In this document: positions 18,048 through 19,636 of the stretch, in pieces
Numbering within the stretch: the stretch's first letter is position 1
Layout of the letters: each line of letters starts with the position of its first letter
DNA from: Methanocellales archaeon
Lineage (GTDB): Archaea; Halobacteriota; JAWCLZ01
Assembly (NCBI GenBank): GCA_038850285.1
Contig: JAWCMA010000022.1
Coordinates: 1,073-20,708 of the forward strand
Direction: 5' to 3'
DNA length: 19,636 nt
Position numbers and translations under genes: made by a program
Notes under the pieces: model-generated
Seen by the model: the letters and a program-made list of their open reading frames with translations, nothing else
Told to the model about the DNA's origin: nothing
The model's database searches: none

Positions 18048-18149
18048 ATGGGAAGGTTAGAGTCCTATTTGAGGATTAAGGATATTGCATGTTCTCCTAG
18101 TGCTGCTTCAATGAAGGTTGTTCTAGATTTTCTTAAAAAAATTAAGTAG
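18048..18149 (+). pseudogene. Possible degenerate HMA-domain N-terminal relic (33 aa ORF)
   Basis: MGRLESYLRIKDIACSPSAASMKVVLDFLKKIK*; DIACSPSAASM aligns to the HMA consensus GMTCASCAASI, with each mismatching codon one substitution away. Confidence 0.35.
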
Positions 18150-18228
18150 CGTTTGCAGCTCATAGATAGAGATAGAAATTGTTATTCGGATACTTATGTA
18201 ATTTGCTTTAAGCTGCTTTCTGACTTTA

Positions 18229-18242
18229 GCAAAGTTTAAAAT
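18229..18242 (+). promoter_or_regulatory. BRE/TATA promoter of tRNA-Arg
   Basis: GCAAAG-TTTAAAAT ending 25 nt before the mature tRNA 5' end. Confidence 0.6.
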
Positions 18243-18266
18243 ACTTCCATTAGAAATAGCTCTATT

Positions 18267-18341
18267 GGGCCCGTGGCTTAGTCAGGATATAGCACCGGCC
18301 TTCTAAGCCGGTGGTCCGGGGTTCAAATCCCCGCGGGTCCG
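18267..18341 (+). tRNA. tRNA-Arg (anticodon UCU), intronless, CCA not encoded
   Basis: Acceptor stem GGGCCCG/CGGGTCC, D-loop AGTCAGGATA (A20), anticodon arm CCGGC-CTTCTAA-GCCGG, T arm CGGGG-TTCAAAT-CCCCG, discriminator G; T-run at 18355-18359. Confidence 0.97.
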
Positions 18342-18395
18342 TTGTATGAATACATTTTTAGTATATGGGCAAGAAAGAAAAAAATGATTATTTGC

Positions 18396-18775
18396 TACAG
18401 CACATCTTTCAGCTTCTAGCAAAACTTTCAAAATAGCCTTTAAATCACTTGGGTCTTTTGGAAGATAAGCAGCAGGACAAGCTGCATCATCATGCAGCTC
18501 TTTGAGATCTTTATAGAGCTCGCCCCCTAGCTCATAAATACGGGGGACAAGGGTTTCAAAGTGAAGTCGATCCTCAAGCCTTGCATCTTCAACTATCTCT
18601 CTTTAACCGCTTCTCCATCAAGCCCAGTGCAATGCATTCGCAGAAGCGTGTAGTAATAATAGGTCGTGAACTCCGCGGCAGCAGCCTTCTTTAGCCTATC
18701 TATTAAGAGATTAACATCAACACCAGCCTTCTCTACCATCTCTCTTCCAATGTTCTTTGAATATTCCTTTTCCAA
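18396..18775 (-). pseudogene. DPS-like (DPSL, ferritin superfamily) protein, frameshifted and 3'-truncated
   Basis: [22 protein letters not shown] / [14 protein letters not shown]...RIYELGG ... AC..AYLP ... [13 protein letters not shown]. An extra AG in the GAGAGA run at 18596-18601 shifts the frame. Homology stops at about 18396. Perfect GGAGGTGA RBS before TTG 18775. Confidence 0.88.
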
Positions 18776-19248
18776 AAAAATCACCTCCTCAGGGTTTGCG
18801 GTATTTTACAACATCTTCAGCCGTGCATTCTTGCAATAACTGCGGAATGCACACTAAGCCTTCTATTTTTCGTTGTCAAAAGGAATACTTCAAATTTTTC
18901 CATAAATATTTGGAATTAAAGTTTGTATCTCCATTCGATGACAGGCAATTTCTTATAAACTTGAAGGTATTGGTGGAAGTATATTAATTGTGGCTATAAA
19001 GAACACTGAAGAAGTTTTCCCAAGGGATGTAGCCAAACATGGCAATCACTTTTTTCTTTTTCTTATTAGATTCACAAATAAAATACTCGTTAATTTTGGA
19101 AATATTTAACTAAAACAGGCCTTTTTCTTGGCTTTGGCTAACCCTCTATCGATAAGGATTTCTACAAAGCTAAAAAATGATCATACTATGGAAAAGAGAA
19201 TCTCTGTCTCTCATTTTAGTAGTCATAACTGAACGCTTTTTGCAAGTT

Positions 19249-19636
19249 TTAGAATTTTCGTTTCCACAAGTATGTAGCAATAGTTACTCCAATGATAACC
19301 ACCATCAAATCAAATCCCGGTGCTGGCTTCGTTGGTGTTGGCGATATTTCAGCTGGACCTGCGATAGGTGTTGGCGTAGGCGTGGGTGTCGACGTGGGTA
19401 TCAGCGCAGGTGTTATTGCCCCTATTTTCTCTCCTGAGATTGCAAATGGAGAGAAACTAGGTGTAGAAGCAAAGTAGAATAACAATGTCTCATTTTCAGA
19501 AATCTTGCTTGTATTCAGCTTATTCCAAGTGCCATCTTTGAATCGATATAAGGCAATGCTATTAGGGTCAATGCTATTTGCTAGTATCCAACTCTTCTCG
19601 ACGTAGAATTTTATGCTTGCATTTGAAATATAATTT
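19249..19636 (-). CDS. PGF-pre-PGF domain cell-surface protein with a PGF-CTERM archaeosortase sorting signal, 5'-partial
   Basis: The frame is open to the window edge: ASIKFYVEKSWI...I.LYRF.DG.W..L.T...F.ASTPSFSPFAI, then a PT-rich linker, then PGF + hydrophobic helix + KRK. Confidence 0.88.
   Translation of the reverse strand, partial: NYISNASIKFYVEKSWILANSIDPNSIALYRFKDGTWNKLNTSKISENETLLFYFASTPSFSPFAISGEKIGAITPALIPTSTPTPTPTPIAGPAEISPTPTKPAPGFDLMVVIIGVTIATYLWKRKF

Noticed and set aside
19360-19400. Degenerate 6-bp periodicity (GGTGTT/GGCGTA/GGCGTG)
   Set aside because: It simply encodes the Pro-Thr linker of the PGF-CTERM protein.
18267-19636. Integrated element at tRNA-Arg
   Set aside because: No integrase and no duplicated tRNA 3' end seen within the window.

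Overview
Archaeal chromosomal window, most likely a Halobacteriota/Methanomicrobia-type euryarchaeote. This placement is inferred from the archaeal r-protein set, GGTGA/GGAGGTGA RBSs, SepCysS and a PGF-CTERM surface protein. Positions 643-14231 (- strand) hold an intact archaeal S10-spc cluster: SPOUT methyltransferase, rpl3, rpl4, rpl23, rpl2, rps19, rpl22, rps3, rpl29, rnp1, rps17, rpl14, rpl24, rps4e, rpl5, rps14 (missed by the ORF track), rps8, rpl6, rpl32e, rpl19e, rpl18, rps5, rpl30, rpl15 and secY. The cluster ends at a perfect 5x9-bp tandem repeat facing a convergent transglutaminase-like gene. Positions 14284-19636 form an AT-richer accessory region. It contains three tandem small single-TM/basic-tail ORFs (two clearly paralogous), an N-terminally amputated SepCysS (pscS) coupled to a Cys-rich DUF169 protein, an intact YHS protein and a 30-aa CC peptide. 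It also contains decayed HMA (CopZ/CopA-like) relics, a frameshifted winged-helix regulator, a tRNA-Arg(UCU) with a G3-U70 pair, a frameshifted and truncated DPS-like gene, and the 3' end of a PGF-pre-PGF/PGF-CTERM protein. All family assignments come from recognising motifs by eye; no searches were run.
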